This document shows positions 44,511-59,488 of a stretch of 64,000 bases of DNA, in pieces (positions within the stretch are counted from its first letter, which is position 1; every line of letters begins with the position of its first letter). This stretch comes from Eledone cirrhosa. Lineage: Eukaryota. The stretch spans positions 49,228,001 to 49,292,000 of the forward strand of contig OZ024752.1 of NCBI GenBank assembly GCA_964016885.1, in the 5' to 3' direction. The translations under genes and the position numbers were made by a program. The notes under the pieces were generated by a model. The model worked only from the letters and a program-made list of their open reading frames with translations, had not been told where the DNA came from and made no database searches.

Positions 44511-45700
44511 GTTTTTATATTTACGGAGTAATTATGTTCCGAGTTCAAATCCCACCACCAATATCAACTTTACTATTCCTCCTTCCGAGAGTAGATGGTG
44601 ATAATATACCAGTTATATACTGTGGGGTTAGTGGGGTTAATACTGAAGATTTAATTCTAAATTCTTGTAAATGATAAATGTGTGACCGAGACCTGGTCAA
44701 GTCGTTAAGAAGTTTTTACTTCGCAATCCTAAGGTCTTGGATTCTTTTCAACTGCGTGGCACCTTGGACAAGTATTATTTTACCATAAACTTGGGAGAAT
44801 TAACAAAGAAAGGTCAAGACAACAAACGAAAACGAGGCAAAACGAAAAATATTTTTTTAAAAGGGAAAGACACGTTAAAAAATTATTTTTTAAAAATAAA
44901 AATATAAACGAAAGACTCAGAACTCCAGAATCATCGGTCGTTGAGATACACTTGGGCAGTTTCCACCCCTTACAAACGCTACTGTTGGTCTACCCGGGGG
45001 AGTCACAGCATCTGACACAAGCCAATGCGCTGTCCAGTGGAGTAAGAGACAAGACGAAACAGTTACTTATAACAATTAAGTTATGACAAGTACTACCATA
45101 CATATATATAACCTTGTGTTAGCCCAACCACTGTGAGTGGAAATTTGGTAGATGGAAACTGTTTGGAAGCCTGTCAGATGGACGGTACCTGTAATAAAAA
45201 CATTTTAAAATGGCCCTTCGTTAGTAGTAGGAGAGCAAAGGTTGTATAAACCACTGTTCAAATTGACCACTTAACCTATTAGAAATAGCAGCCAAATCTC
45301 CCTCAAATCACACCCCATTCTTTTATAAATGAATTTTAAAAAAAAATGCATGAGCGACATTGCATAATGGTAGTTGGTTCTAAATGTACAAACATTTAAG
45401 ATGTGGTAGTCACGGTTGGAATGTCTTGATATCAGAGCTGACCTGTAGCTAAACTACAACAACAATAATAACACCTTTATAGTATATAAGTGTCGTTCCA
45501 AAACGAAATGAGTTCGAATCCCAGTAGAGTCAACTTTTTTTGTATTCCACAGCATCGGAGTTGTAAATGATACAATGGTAGTAGTAGTGGTAGTAGTAGT
45601 AGTGGTGGGAGGAGGGGTTAGTGAACTGAACACTTCCTCCTTTCATATTCCAGGTTTAGGGGCCTTGTGCCAATACTACTACTATGACTGCTACTGCTGT

Positions 45701-45758
<58 letters not shown>

Positions 45759-45868
45759 ACTACTATGATTACTACTACTACTACTATTACTAAGATTACT
45801 ACTACTACTACTACTACTACTACTGCTGCTACTACTATGATTACTACTACTACTACTATTACTATGAT

Positions 45869-45968
<100 letters not shown>

Positions 45969-46480
45969 CACTACCGCTACTTCCACCACCACCACCACCT
46001 CACCACCACTACTACTGTAACTACTGCTGCTGTTGCTGCTGCTATTTTTTCTGTGTTGTCTCCCCCCGGTCATTCTCAAATTGAACAAACCAACGACCAC
46101 AGTAGAAGCCACTCCATCCATGATCATCCCGACTTTTATTCGGACACAGTACACCTAGGACTACAGCACATTATCCGTGAATCCATGAACCCTTCACCTG
46201 TTTATATTTATTTATTTAATTATTAATTAATATAATTTATTTATTTAGGAAGGCAGGTGCGTGAGAGGAAAGAGGATTTGGCTGCTATTTCTGACAGGTC
46301 GAACGACCACATATATTTAAAGATTTCTCGCTGATTGATTTATCGTTTGTCGTTTAGCTCCGGATTAAACTTCGATCGATCAAAACAAGCCGTGACCATC
46401 CAGCCTTTTCACTGTTTTATTGTCGGAAGGTCTATATTATGTAAATCTATCCTTGATGGGTCTTGAACCATTCTCGTTAC

Positions 46481-46660
46481 CAGTGCCCCGGATTTACCAT
46501 TGTGGTTAGATATGTTTAAGCGCAGGGCCCCCGTTAGACAGGATGGGGGCAGCATCTTCCTGCCCCCCCCCCCAATTATTTACGATGCATTCTTCAAATG
46601 TAAGGGGCCTCATGACTTAACTAACACAGGGCCTCGTTTGTCCTCCTAAATCCAGCACTG
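46481..46660. mobile_element. hAT MITE
   Basis: Termini cagtgccccggattta / taaatccagcactg; 8-bp target duplication ctcgttac / ctccttac. Confidence 0.8.
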
Positions 46661-46739
46661 CTCCTTACCATAATATTTCTAATGAAAGACACTCTCTATG
46701 ATTTTTAAATAATTTGGAAAAATAATGAAGAATTTAGAA

Positions 46740-47260
46740 GGATATAGTAATATAACGAATTTTCTCAACATTATACCGTTGGCTGGAACATAACTTAATA
46801 TAGGTTCTTACATAAAATCATGATGGAAGGCTATTTTGGGGATAAATATAAAATAATTTTGAAAAATAATCACTAATTTAAAAGGATATAGTAATATAAC
46901 GAATTTTCTCAACATTATACCGTTGGCTGGAACATAACTTAATATAGGTTCTTACATAAAATCATGATGGAAGGCTATTTTGGGGATAAGTATAAAATAA
47001 TTTTGAAAAATAATCACTAATTTAAAAGGATATAGTAATATAAATAACTTTCTCAACATTATACCGTTGGCTGGAACATAACTTAATAAAGGTTCTTACA
47101 TAAAATCATGATGGAAGGCTATTTTGGGGATAAATATAAAATAATTTTGAAAAATAATCACGAATTTAAAAGGATATAGTAATATAAATAACTTTCTCAA
47201 CATTACACCGTTGACTGGAAAATAACTTAATAAAGGTCCTTACATAAAATCATGATGGAA
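46740..47260. repeat. 144-bp tandem repeat, ~3.6 copies
   Basis: ggatatagtaatata at 46740, 46884, 47028 and 47172. Confidence 0.9.
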
Positions 47261-47611
47261 TTTTGGGTGGGTGGGCGGGGGCGGGGCTGATAAATATAAA
47301 CCCTTTAAAATAAATAACTCTCCATCATAGCAGAAGAAGCGATTTGCTATGAAGAGGGTTAAGGTAATAACGTGAGAGTTAGGAGATAATTTTGGCTGCT
47401 ATTTCTAGCAGGTTAAGCGTCGACGTTGGCGCTATATCTTTCACTCTACGTCAAAGATGTGTTGTTGGTGTCGCTGTTGGCTGCTTATCTAACCACTCGC
47501 TTTTGTTTATGTTTGTTATTTTTCTCTACTTTCACTTTCGCTTTCAACCGCGTGGCAAATCCTCATTACGTTTGCAACAGCGAGTCGTTTACAAGCATAT
47601 CACAATAAGCT

Positions 47612-47748
<137 letters not shown>

Positions 47749-47750
47749 TA

Positions 47751-47836
47751 CAGGGTGTCCCAAAAACGTGTATACACACTTTGATTAGCTGAGTTATCTG
47801 CTGTTGAAGTGTGTATACATTTTTTTGGACACACTG
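47751..47836. mobile_element. Tc1/mariner MITE
   Basis: ta-cagggtgtcccaaaaa ... ttttttggacacactg-ta. Confidence 0.8.
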
Positions 47837-48185
47837 TATATATATATGCCACATACACACGCACACACACACATATGTATATATATATATGTGTGAGCGT
47901 ATAGTACAATTAATTTGCTCGCTTCATTGATATCGACTCCAGCACATATTTTACTTTGGTCCTTAGTTTATCGATCTGTATCGAACGGCCAAATTACCAC
48001 ACACAGCAGTAAAAAACTGCATACACATATGTGTATACCTGCACACACACACGCACACAAAACGCACACACACACACACATATATATATATACATGATGT
48101 ATAGTTTACATACAGATACATATATATATATATGATGTGAATATATACATACGTGACACTTTTACTAGTATAACCAGGCGTTAAG

Positions 48186-48313
<128 letters not shown>

Positions 48314-48448
48314 TATGCATGCATACACACACACACACACACATATATTTATATATATACATACAGAAATATGCATACACACACACATATATATATATTC
48401 ATACATACATACATATATATATAATATGTATACACACATACACACACC

Positions 48449-48492
<44 letters not shown>

Positions 48493-49011
48493 CATATATT
48501 TGCATTTATATATGTGTGTTTCTTTGTGTATACATAAATCTATATGTTTTTTTTATATATGTGTGTATATTTTCTCTCATATATATATATGTATATATAT
48601 TCAGGTATGTATGACTATATGTATGTATGTATATATGTATTTACTCACATATAATTGACGAACCGGGTTCGTTCATTATCATTATTCTCTTAGTTAAATT
48701 GAAATTACAATTAAATAAATATATAATGAACATACTTAAAAATATTTTTAATTTTATATTTTAAGTAATTTTCAATACAATAATGATAATAATAATAATA
48801 ATGCTTTCTTTATTAACCACAAGGGTTTACATAAAGTAGACATTAAGGACAGTACAGGACAATACAGGACGGTACAAATGGGTATTTCTGCGTGTAAACC
48901 CCCCCCAAAAAAACAGAGGATGTAACAAAAAAAAGTAATATTAATAATAATAATAATTGTTTCTACTTTTGGCACAAGGCCAGCAATTATCCCAGTGTAT
49001 TACTGGTACTT

Positions 49012-49057
<46 letters not shown>

Positions 49058-49427
49058 TTTCATTTATTGGCCACAAGGGCCGACATATAGGGGACAATAC
49101 AAAAGACGGATGGTGGGAGGTTTACATATGCAACGTGTAAACAATATAAATAACAATAACAAAATAACAATAACAAAATAACAATAAAAATACAACAATA
49201 AAAATACAATAATGATAATAATAATAATGATAATTATAATGCTAATAATATTAATTGCAATAATATAACAATAATGGTTAAGATATTATTTAGAAGATTA
49301 GTAATACAGATAATGTGTAGCTTTTTATATAAACGTTTTCAAATGGAAATTAACTTATTTTAAATATGTTCAGATAATATTTAAAATAAGAATAATTTGA
49401 AAACAAAATGCCCATATACATATATAT

Positions 49428-49483
<56 letters not shown>

Positions 49484-49539
49484 GGGCATTTTGTTTTCAA
49501 ATTATTCTTATTTTAAATATATATATATATATATATATA

Positions 49540-49734
49540 GTAATAATAATAAAATTGAAGACTAAAATCCAAAGAGGGCTCGATAAGGAAAATATATATC
49601 AAATATATAAGAACCGTAGAGCAAATATTTATTAAAATAACAGATTAAAGTTTAAGCAAAGAATCGCTGCTTTCACCCTTAACGTTAAGGGTGAAAGCAC
49701 CGATTCTTTGCTTAAACTTTAATCTGTTATTTTA

Positions 49735-49742
<8 letters not shown>
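49540..49742 (-). mobile_element. TA-embedded hairpin-plus-tail element, family G
   Basis: Palindrome 49625-49742 with apex 49683/49684 and one mismatch; ~85-nt tail on the left. Confidence 0.55.
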
Positions 49743-49818
<76 letters not shown>

Positions 49819-49927
49819 GTATATGTATACATATATATTGGTAAAAGGAAAAGAAAATGCTGACAAATTGTTCCCAGTGGAAAATACTTTAATTAGGAAT
49901 AAGTAAAAATTAGTAATAGTATTGGTT

Positions 49928-49996
<69 letters not shown>

Positions 49997-50117
49997 TCTA
50001 CAATACACAGTGTTATTGTAATTTGATCAAACTTTCGAAAAAGGTATTTAAACAACTTAAATATTTATACAAGTTTTTTTCTCTTCCTGATGTGTGTATA
50101 CAGTTTTGGGGCCAGAC

Positions 50118-50155
<38 letters not shown>

Positions 50156-50465
50156 TATACATACACAAACAGGGTGTCTCCCCAAAATGTATAAATATTT
50201 GAGCTATCTGCTGTTGAAGTGTGTATACATTTTTGGGGGGACACCGTTTATCTATATATATATATATACCAAAAAATATATACCCATATTTATTAGAATA
50301 CTGTTGAAGCGTGTATACATTTTTGGGACACACATACTATATATATATATATATATACATATATATATGTTTATCTATCTCTATATATATATGTTTATCT
50401 ATCTATCTATATATATATATACATATTTACACATATATATATATACATATATATATATATGTTTA

Positions 50466-50582
<117 letters not shown>

Positions 50583-50892
50583 ATATATATACATATATAT
50601 ACATATATATACATATATATATATGTTTATCTATCTGTATATATATATATTTATATTGTTATCTCGTTAAACCTAGTTCGTGTCGTCTGCTTGACATTGA
50701 AAAGATTGCAGACGACAGTTTTAAAGCGTTCCTTCATAGTTGGATGTGTTTCGTTTTGTCTGTTGTTGCTTTACACTTTTAACACTCCATCAGCTTATCT
50801 TCTCAAATGGAACCAACGAAACATAACGAAATAAATATAAGAAATAAGAAAGGAAGAAAAATAAACATTCATTTTATTTTATCTCCATTAGG

Positions 50893-51025
<133 letters not shown>

Positions 51026-51151
51026 TATAGATAGATAGAGAAAGAGAGAGGGAGGATCTCAAGAAACTCGTGTTAGTAGACATTGGTGTTTTAAATAATC
51101 GTTTCTACTTTTGGCACAAGGCCAGCAATTATCAGTACATTACTGGTACTT

Positions 51152-51189
<38 letters not shown>

Positions 51190-51774
51190 TATTTCAAAAG
51201 TTACTGAAGAAACGAATCGTGTTTATTGATCTTTTATTTAGTTAATAAATGTTCAATACATGGAAAAGTTTGTAAGATTATTTTGTTTGTTTAGTACACA
51301 GCAAACATGGCTGATCTGGGAAATGTTCAGCTATGGCAGGTAGTATGTACGACTGACGAGGCACATCACTATGTGTGTAATCGTATGGTACATACTATCT
51401 GTTGTGTAATAGTACATACTATATGTTGTGTAATAGTAGGGTACATCATTATGTGCTTATGTGATAGTAAATTGCCGAATATGGTGGTTAGTTGGTTGCT
51501 GTCGTCTGCTTGGGTTTAACACAACACAGATAAATGATGCAAATAAAAATACAGACCTGTCAACACTCCCCGTCCAAGAGGAAGACCTCCCACCCAGTTT
51601 GGGGTGGGTGACTGATGTCTTCTCTTGTGAAAATGGCTATAGCTTCCATTATGTGAAAATCTCCCCATTTTGCCCCATTTCTCCCGGTTTTGGGGCACTT
51701 TTTTTTTTTCATGGTACTCCCTGTTTAGGTTTTTAGAGCTTGGCAGGTCTGAAAACAGGTTATGGGTTATTTAA

Positions 51775-52590
51775 TAATTGTTCCTACTTTTGGCACAAGG
51801 CCAGCAATTATTCCAGTGTATTACTGGTACTTTATTTTATCGACCCCGTAAGGATGAAAGGCAAAGTTAACCGTTATTTAATAATTGTTTCTACTTTTGG
51901 CACAAGGCCAGCAATCACCCAGTGCATTACTGGTACTTTATTTTATCGACCCCGTAAGGATGAAAGGCAAAGTTAACCTCGGCGGGATTTGAACTTAGAA
52001 TGGCAAGGATCGTAACTCTATGCGTCAAAGCATGGCGTCCGACCCTCTACCGATACTGCCAATCCACCACCAATCCCGTTATTTAATAATTGTTTCTACT
52101 TTAGGCACAATGCCAGCAATTACCCAGTGCATTACTGGTACTTTATTTAATAATGTTATTTATTTATGAAATGATATAGGTTTTATTTTTATTACTATAT
52201 ATATAGTATAGGAATATTTTTTATTGTTTCTCAAATGTACACATACAGATTCAGGGCCAAACTTTTACCTATTATATAAAATTTGAGGCCCTTTGCTAAA
52301 AGAATATATATAATGAATGAATAAATAATACACACACACACACACACACACACATACACACACACACATACACATACATACACATACATACACATACATA
52401 CATATATATAATTGTTTCTACTTTTGGCACAAGGCCAGAAATTATCCCAGTGTATTACTGGTACTTTATTTTATCGACCCCGTAGGGATGAAAGGCAAAG
52501 TTAACCTCGGCGGGATTTGAACTCAGACCATAAAGGGCCGTAACTCTTTGCTGCAAAGCACGGCGTCTGACCCTCTACCGATACTGCCAA
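51775..52590 (-). mobile_element. Cluster of family 1 SINEs
   Basis: Partial copy 51775-51871; near-complete copies 51883-52070 and 52410-52590. Confidence 0.85.
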
Positions 52591-53096
52591 TACACATATA
52601 TATATAATGTTTGATGATTTAGTGTTAAATATTTAAAAAAACTAATGATAAAATAAAAGTATATTTTCAAAAATCAGGCCCCCGAGGGTGTGTGACCCTA
52701 AGCTATGGTTTATTTAGCTTATAGATAAGTCCAGCAAATATTCTTTCTGGTATCAAGTTTAAGGATTGAATATAAACGCCACAGTAAATATTTTCGGGTT
52801 GGTATCGTTAAAAAGGGGTCGGAGCCACTTATATCAATGAAAAATCATCCTTGGTATACTTACTTCATGATAACGAAATATTTATTTAAAAAATATTTAT
52901 TAATTAGCCAGGAGTTCAATATGGCTACCGGGGCCGATCTATGTGTGTGTGTACCATCCCATGTATGCGCCATCACACTATATGGTATCTTAGGCAAGTA
53001 TTTTTCTCAATAGCTTCAGATCAACCCAAGAAACTTTGTGAGAGTAAGTGAAATTTGGTGGTTAAGAGAAAGTGTGTGAAACTCAGTTTGAACCTT

Positions 53097-53910
53097 TCAA
53101 ACCATGTTACATAATATGTGACACGGAAGCAGCTTGGTACAGCCATGTTACATAATATGTGACACTGAAGCAGTTTGGTTCAACCATGTTACATAATATG
53201 TGACTCTCTTACGGCTTGTTTCAACCATGTTACATAATGTGTGACTCTTACGGCTTGTTGCAGCCATGTTACATAATGTGTGACTCTCTTACGGCTTGTT
53301 TCAACCATGTTACATAATATGTGACTCTTATGGCTTGGTACAGCCATGTTACATAATATGTGACTCTCTTACGGCTTGTTTCAACCATGTTACATAATAT
53401 GTGACTCTTATGGCTTGGTACAGCCATGTTACATAATATGTGACTCTCTTAATGCTTGTTTCAACCATGTTACATAATATGTGACTCTCTTACGGCTTGT
53501 TTCAACCATGTTACATAATATGTGACTCTTATGGCTTGGTACAGCCATGTTACATAATATGTGACTCTCTTACGGCTTGTTTCAAACATGTTACATAATG
53601 TGTGTGACGTTGATTCGGCTTGGTTCAACCATGTTACATAATATGTGACTCTTATGGCTTGGTACAGCCATTTTACATAATGTGTGACTCTCTAACGGCT
53701 TGTTTCAACCATGTTACATAATATGTGACTCTCTTACGGCTTGTTTCAACCATGTTACATAATGCGTGTGACGTTGATTCGGCTTGGTTCAACCATGTTA
53801 CATAATATGTGGCTCTCTTACGGTTTAGTTCAACCGTGTTACATAATGTGAGACTCTGATACGGTTTGGTTCAACCATGTTACATAATGTGAGACGTTGA
53901 TTCGGCTTGG
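53097..53910. repeat. 39-43 bp minisatellite, ~20 copies
   Basis: ca(a/g)ccatgttacataat(a/g)tgtgactctcttacggcttgttt. Confidence 0.92.
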
Positions 53911-54066
53911 GAATTACAATAAGAGTACACGTGTGTGTGTGTGAAATATTCAGCCACTTACTAACACGTTTTTTTTTTTTTGTTTCACGAGCTGGACGTT
54001 TTCTTGATCGAACAATTAAATGCTAAATCGTCGAAAGCGCCGGAAGATCCATCATCATCGTGTACT

Positions 54067-54102
54067 TTTCCTGATGAAGGACTTCTGTCCGAAACGTTGA
54101 AA
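54067..54102 (+). ncRNA. Minimal hammerhead ribozyme (family E-related)
   Basis: tttc-CTGATGA-a ggac ttct gtcc-GAAA-cg-TT-gaaa; ~80-nt tail, then (TA)n. Confidence 0.75.
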
Positions 54103-54217
54103 CCTTCTCCACTTCCACCAAGCGTGAACCTAATATAATTGTGCGCAGTTGCCTCCTCTGTTTTGTTCGTTTATTTTCAACTATATATATACTTATATAT
54201 ATATATAAGCATGTGTG

Positions 54218-54278
<61 letters not shown>

Positions 54279-54590
54279 TGGTGTTATGTAAAGTCTGTTG
54301 TTTCTCAATACATTTGCTGTTGTCATTACTAAAATTGACGGGCTTGAGAACAGTGTCTGGGACTTTGACCATATTGCATAATAAAACTAGTGATTGGGGA
54401 AGTTTTCTTAGGAGATGGACTGATTGGAAATTGGAAATATCGATCAAATAATCAATACATACCTCCATCCATTATATACACACACACATATATATATAAT
54501 TATGTAAAAGGTAAACAGAAATAACAACACAATCGGTACAGTATATGGAAGGAATATATTAGGTTAACACTTGAAATAGCAGGAATAGGG

Positions 54591-54626
54591 TCTTGACGTT
54601 TCGGACGCTAGTCCTTCATCAGAAGA
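54591..54626 (-). ncRNA. Minimal hammerhead ribozyme (family E)
   Basis: Minus strand: tctt-CTGATGA-a ggac tagc gtcc-GAAA-cg-TC-aaga. Confidence 0.8.
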
Positions 54627-55107
54627 AAGAATGAAAAATAAGATAGAGTGAAAGGACGGGCTGGGTGGAATTGGAAAAAAAAATGTTTTTAAAGAAAAAT
54701 AACAGGTCCATTCATGTTACACGGATTTAGCCTATGTCAGAACCTCATGTCCATATAGGGTTCATAAGCATCAATCTAGTCAGCTTTATGAATAGATACG
54801 GTCGTGTGTGTGTGCGTGTGTGTGTGTGCGTGTGTGTGTGTGTGTGCGTGTGTGTGCGTGTGTGTGTGTGCGTGTGTGAACAGTTTTGTAAAAGATTTCT
54901 CTATCAGTGTGGTTTAGAAACATGTCACTTTCTAATTTGTCTAACAACACCAGCAACAACAATAACAACAACACCAGCAACAATAATAACAACAACACCA
55001 GCAACAACAAAGCACATATCATACACACAACAACAACACCAACACCAACAGCAACAATAACAACACACACACACACCAACAACACCACCACCACCAACAA
55101 AGCACAT

Positions 55108-55147
<40 letters not shown>

Positions 55148-55172
55148 CACCACCACCACCAACAAAGCACAT

Positions 55173-55211
<39 letters not shown>

Positions 55212-55287
55212 AACAACACCACCACCAACAAAGCACATGCACACACACACACACACACACCAACAACCACAACAACACCACCAATAA

Positions 55288-55318
<31 letters not shown>

Positions 55319-55984
55319 CAACAACACCACCACCAACAAAGCACATGCACACACACACACACACACACACCAACAACCACAACAACACCACCAATAAAGC
55401 ACACACACACACACACACACACCAACAACACCACCACCAACAAAGCACATGCACACACACACACACACACACACCAACAACACCACCACCAACAAAGCAC
55501 ATGCACACACACACACACACCAACAACACCACCACCAACAAAGCACATGCACACACACACACACAACAACAACAACAACAACAGCAGCAGCAGAGTATAT
55601 ACGTTCAATTCTTGTTTAATCGGTCACAGCTTGATTTAAATCGTTTATGGGCGATGGTTGTTGTTGTTGGTGGTGGTGGTGGTGGTGGTGGTGGTGTTGG
55701 TGGTGTTGTTGTTTGTGATGGTGGTGGTGGTGTTGGTGGTAGTGGTGTTGTTGTTTGTGGTGGTGGTGTTGGTGGTGGTGTTGTTGTTTGTGATGGTGGC
55801 GGTGGTGGTGGTGGTGGTCGTGGTGGTGGTGGTGGTGTCCCTGCTGCCATATCTAACGTCTGTTCCGTCGCCACCCCCTCCACCTCCCTCCATCTATAAT
55901 CGATTATCACATCTCAATGAAACAACAGCAACAACAACAACAACAACCACACCACCACCACCACCACCACCACCACTACCACAA

Positions 55985-56305
55985 AATCCCGCCGAGGTTA
56001 ACTTTGCCTTTCATCCTTACGGGGGTCGATACAATAAAGTACCAGTAATACACTGGGGTAATTGCTTGCCTTGCGCCAAAAGAAGAAACAATTATTATTA
56101 TTACTATTATTATTTGGTGTTGGCAGCATCGGTAGAGCGCCAGACGCCATGCTTTGCAGCACTGAGTTATAGCCCTTTACGATCTGAGTTCAAATCCCGC
56201 CGAGGTTGACTTTGCCTTTCATCCTTACGGGGTCGATAAAATAAAGTACCAGTAATGCACTGTGGGGTATTTGCTGGCCTTGTGCCAAAAGTGGAGACAA
56301 TTATT
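55985..56305 (+). mobile_element. Two tandem family 1 SINEs
   Basis: Truncated copy 55985-56095; near-complete copy 56115-56305. Confidence 0.85.
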
Positions 56306-56879
56306 TGGTGTTTGGTGGAAACCGTGGTACAGCAACAATTACGGCTGTTTCGATCTTCTCCGATCAATGTTCAAATCCCGCCACCCCACCCCGGGGGGGT
56401 GGGGGAACTTGTTATATAATATGTAGAGTTACCTACCAGTAATAAAACTGACATTGATTCAACGGTCTGGCTGGCTGCATGCTCCCCCCTCCCTCTCCTC
56501 CTCCTCCTTCTTTTTCTTCTTTTTCTTCTTCTTTTTCTGCTCTTTTTTTCTTCTTATTTTCTTCTTTTCCTCCTTCTTCTTCTTCTTCTTCTTCTTCTTC
56601 TTCTTCTTCTTCTTCTTTTTCTTCTTCTTTATCATTTCAAAAGCATGTCCTTCTGTAAATGTAAGAAATCACCATCACCATCACCACCACCACCATCATC
56701 ACCACCACCATCATCACCACCACCACCATCACCATCACCATCACCATCACCATCATCACCATCACCACCATCATTATCTTCATGCTAATTACTGCCCGTT
56801 GTTGATGAGTCATTTTGATTTCTCTCCTCCTCTTCTCGTTAATTAAATTTCTTCTATTGGATATGTATGTAAGTTACCT

Positions 56880-57570
56880 GACTACTACTACTACTACTAC
56901 TACTACTGCTACAGCTACTACTACTACTATTACTACTATTACTACTACTACTACTACCACCAACACCGCCGCCATTTCCAGCCTTAACACCAACACCACC
57001 AACAACAACAACACCACCACCACCACCACCACCACCAACACCACCACAACCACCACCACCACCAACAACAACAACACTACCACAAGCATCACCACCACCA
57101 CCACCACCACCAACACCACCACCACCACCACTACCACAACCACCACCACCAACAACAACAACAACAACACCACTACCACAAGCATCACCACCACCACCAC
57201 CACCACCACCACCACCACCACCACCACAACCAACAACAACAACAACAACACCACTACCACAAGCATCACCACCACAAGCATCACCACCACCACCACCATC
57301 ACCAACAACAACACCACTACCACCACCAACAACAACAACAACAACAACAACACTACCACAAGCATCACCACCACCACCACCACAACCACCACCACCACCA
57401 CCAACAACAACAACACCACTACCACAAGCATCACCACCACCACCAACACAACCACCACCACCACCACCACCACCATCACCACCACCACCACCACAACCAC
57501 CACCACCACCACCACCACCGCTACCACAAGCATCACCATCACCACCACCACCACCACCACCGCCGCCACA
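56880..57570. repeat. (ACT)/(ACC)/(AAC) trinucleotide mosaic
   Basis: Direct inspection; similar tracts at 16960-17655, 45670-46040 and 54945-55980. Confidence 0.9.
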
Positions 57571-58029
57571 GTCCCATAGCTATTTTCTCTATGTATGTCT
57601 ACTGAAACATCGATCTGTATTTGTTTAGCGTTTCCTTCCCTCACCTGCCGTTTCTTTGCCTTTTAATGCCGCGCCTTCCGTGCCCTATCCACTTTATATG
57701 CCTCTTCTACCTCCTGGTGTGTATATGGCGGCGGCGGTTGGGAGAGAGAGAGGGGGGAGGGGGCTGTATGTAATTATAGACGTGCAGGACCAGGCATTGT
57801 TGAGTTGTGGTGGGTTCTGGTGTGTGTGTGGGGGTCAGTCTCACACCTCCCCACCAAACCCTGCTGTTACGTGGTACCTTGATTGAGTGTGTGTGTGTTG
57901 TGTGTGTGTTGTGTGTGTTGTGTGACACCTCACACCTCTGCAGGTTTAGCTGGCCTCCTCCAAGGTCTATCTCGTTGGAGGTGTCTTGGGTGATTTAATG
58001 ATAGGGACCCCAGTCCCTATCATCTCATT

Positions 58030-58163
58030 TCTACAGCTGAGTAAACTGGAGCAATGTGAAATAAAGTGTCTTGCTCAAGGAAACAACACATCACCCAGTC
58101 TGAGAATTGAACTCACAACCTTTCGATTGCAAGCCCAATGCTCTAACCACTAAGCCATGCGCC
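58030..58163 (-). mobile_element. SINE family 2
   Basis: Homologous to 375-498. Confidence 0.75.
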
Positions 58164-58254
58164 TTGGTTGAGCAAGTCTTTCACTCTAACGTCGGAAGAT
58201 TGATCAATGACTTGCGAGTGGAATTTAGCAGACGAGAACAGCAAGAAACCCCGT

Positions 58255-58370
<116 letters not shown>

Positions 58371-58646
58371 TATGTGTCTCTGTGTGTGTGTGAGTGAGTG
58401 TGTCGTAACTTGACAGTTGTGTAAAAATGATATCGATAAAATAAGACCTGACAAATAAAATAAAATAAAATAAAATAAAATAAGTACTGGCGTCGGTATG
58501 ATGGAGATCGATAAAAAATCAAAGTGGTGCCCCAGTATGGCCGTAGTCTAATTACTGAAGCCAGTAAAAGAATTTGATAAATGAAAAAGGAAACTCTGAA
58601 AGGTAAAATTAGTGATACCACTCCCCTACACACCTTTTGAACTCTT

Positions 58647-58678
58647 ACCTGAAGAAGGGCTTATGCCCGAAACGTCGT
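58647..58678 (+). ncRNA. Minimal hammerhead with weak stem I (family E-related)
   Basis: ac-CTGAAGA-a gggc ttat gccc-GAAA-cg-TC-gt; tail, then (TA)n. Confidence 0.6.
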
Positions 58679-58763
58679 CCTCCACCTACCCCCCACTCTC
58701 CTGAGCGTGAATCTAATAAACATTTGTCGTACTGCCTCTCTGTTCTGTCCCTGTTCAATTTTT

Positions 58764-58854
<91 letters not shown>

Positions 58855-58867
58855 GGAGATAGAGAAC

Positions 58868-58988
58868 TGGCTTCCACAGGACTAGAACTGTTTCATTCGG
58901 GAGAAATCATCAGAGATATTTATACTCTGCTATGTATTGAGTACAAAACTTACTGTGGCTACACCCGATTGAACCCTGGATAAACCTG

Positions 58989-58990
<2 letters not shown>
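58868..58990 (+). mobile_element. Family A subfamily element: inverted ribozyme arm joined directly to the tail
   Basis: 58868-58913 inverted; 58919-58990 tail. Confidence 0.65.
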
Positions 58991-59032
<42 letters not shown>

Positions 59033-59035
<3 letters not shown>

Positions 59036-59226
59036 TTAATATAGATGAGATTCTACAGGACTAGAACTGTTTCATTCATTAGAAATCATCAGGAATTCCT
59101 GATGATTTCTAATGAATGTAACAGTTCTAGTCCTGTAGAATCTCATCTATATTAAAACTGTTATACTCTGCTATGTATTGAGTACCTTACTTACTGTGGT
59201 TACCTCCGATTCAACCCGGAATAACG

Positions 59227-59227
<1 letters not shown>
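59033..59227 (+). mobile_element. Family A element with 63-bp spacerless palindrome
   Basis: Apex aggaa|ttcct at 59095/59096; minus hammerhead intact, plus copy has GAAA changed to GTAA. Confidence 0.8.
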
Positions 59228-59257
<30 letters not shown>

Positions 59258-59315
59258 TGTCCCGAAAAATGTATACACACTTCAACAGCATTTTATTCAA
59301 TGCTGTTGAAGTGTG

Positions 59316-59384
<69 letters not shown>

Positions 59385-59437
59385 TGTCCTGAAAAATGTA
59401 TACACACTTCAACAGCATTGAATAGAATGCTGTTGAA

Positions 59438-59488
<51 letters not shown>

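Larger units (their letters stand above)
46465..47362. mobile_element. TTAA-type MITE with nested hAT MITE and internal 144-bp tandem
   Basis: Right terminus gagggttaa (47354-47362); left terminus decayed; single-copy interior homologue at ~20610-20705. Confidence 0.5.

Noticed and set aside
51347-51385. tacga-CTGACGA-ggcacat cact atgtgt-gtaa-tcgta
   Set aside because: Stems I and II pair but GAAA, stem III and UH are missing
53097-53910. CRISPR-like appearance of a constant ccatgttacataat core with variable flanks (also 59910-60575)
   Set aside because: Spacers are variants of one another or microsatellites, there are no cas genes, and the context is eukaryotic
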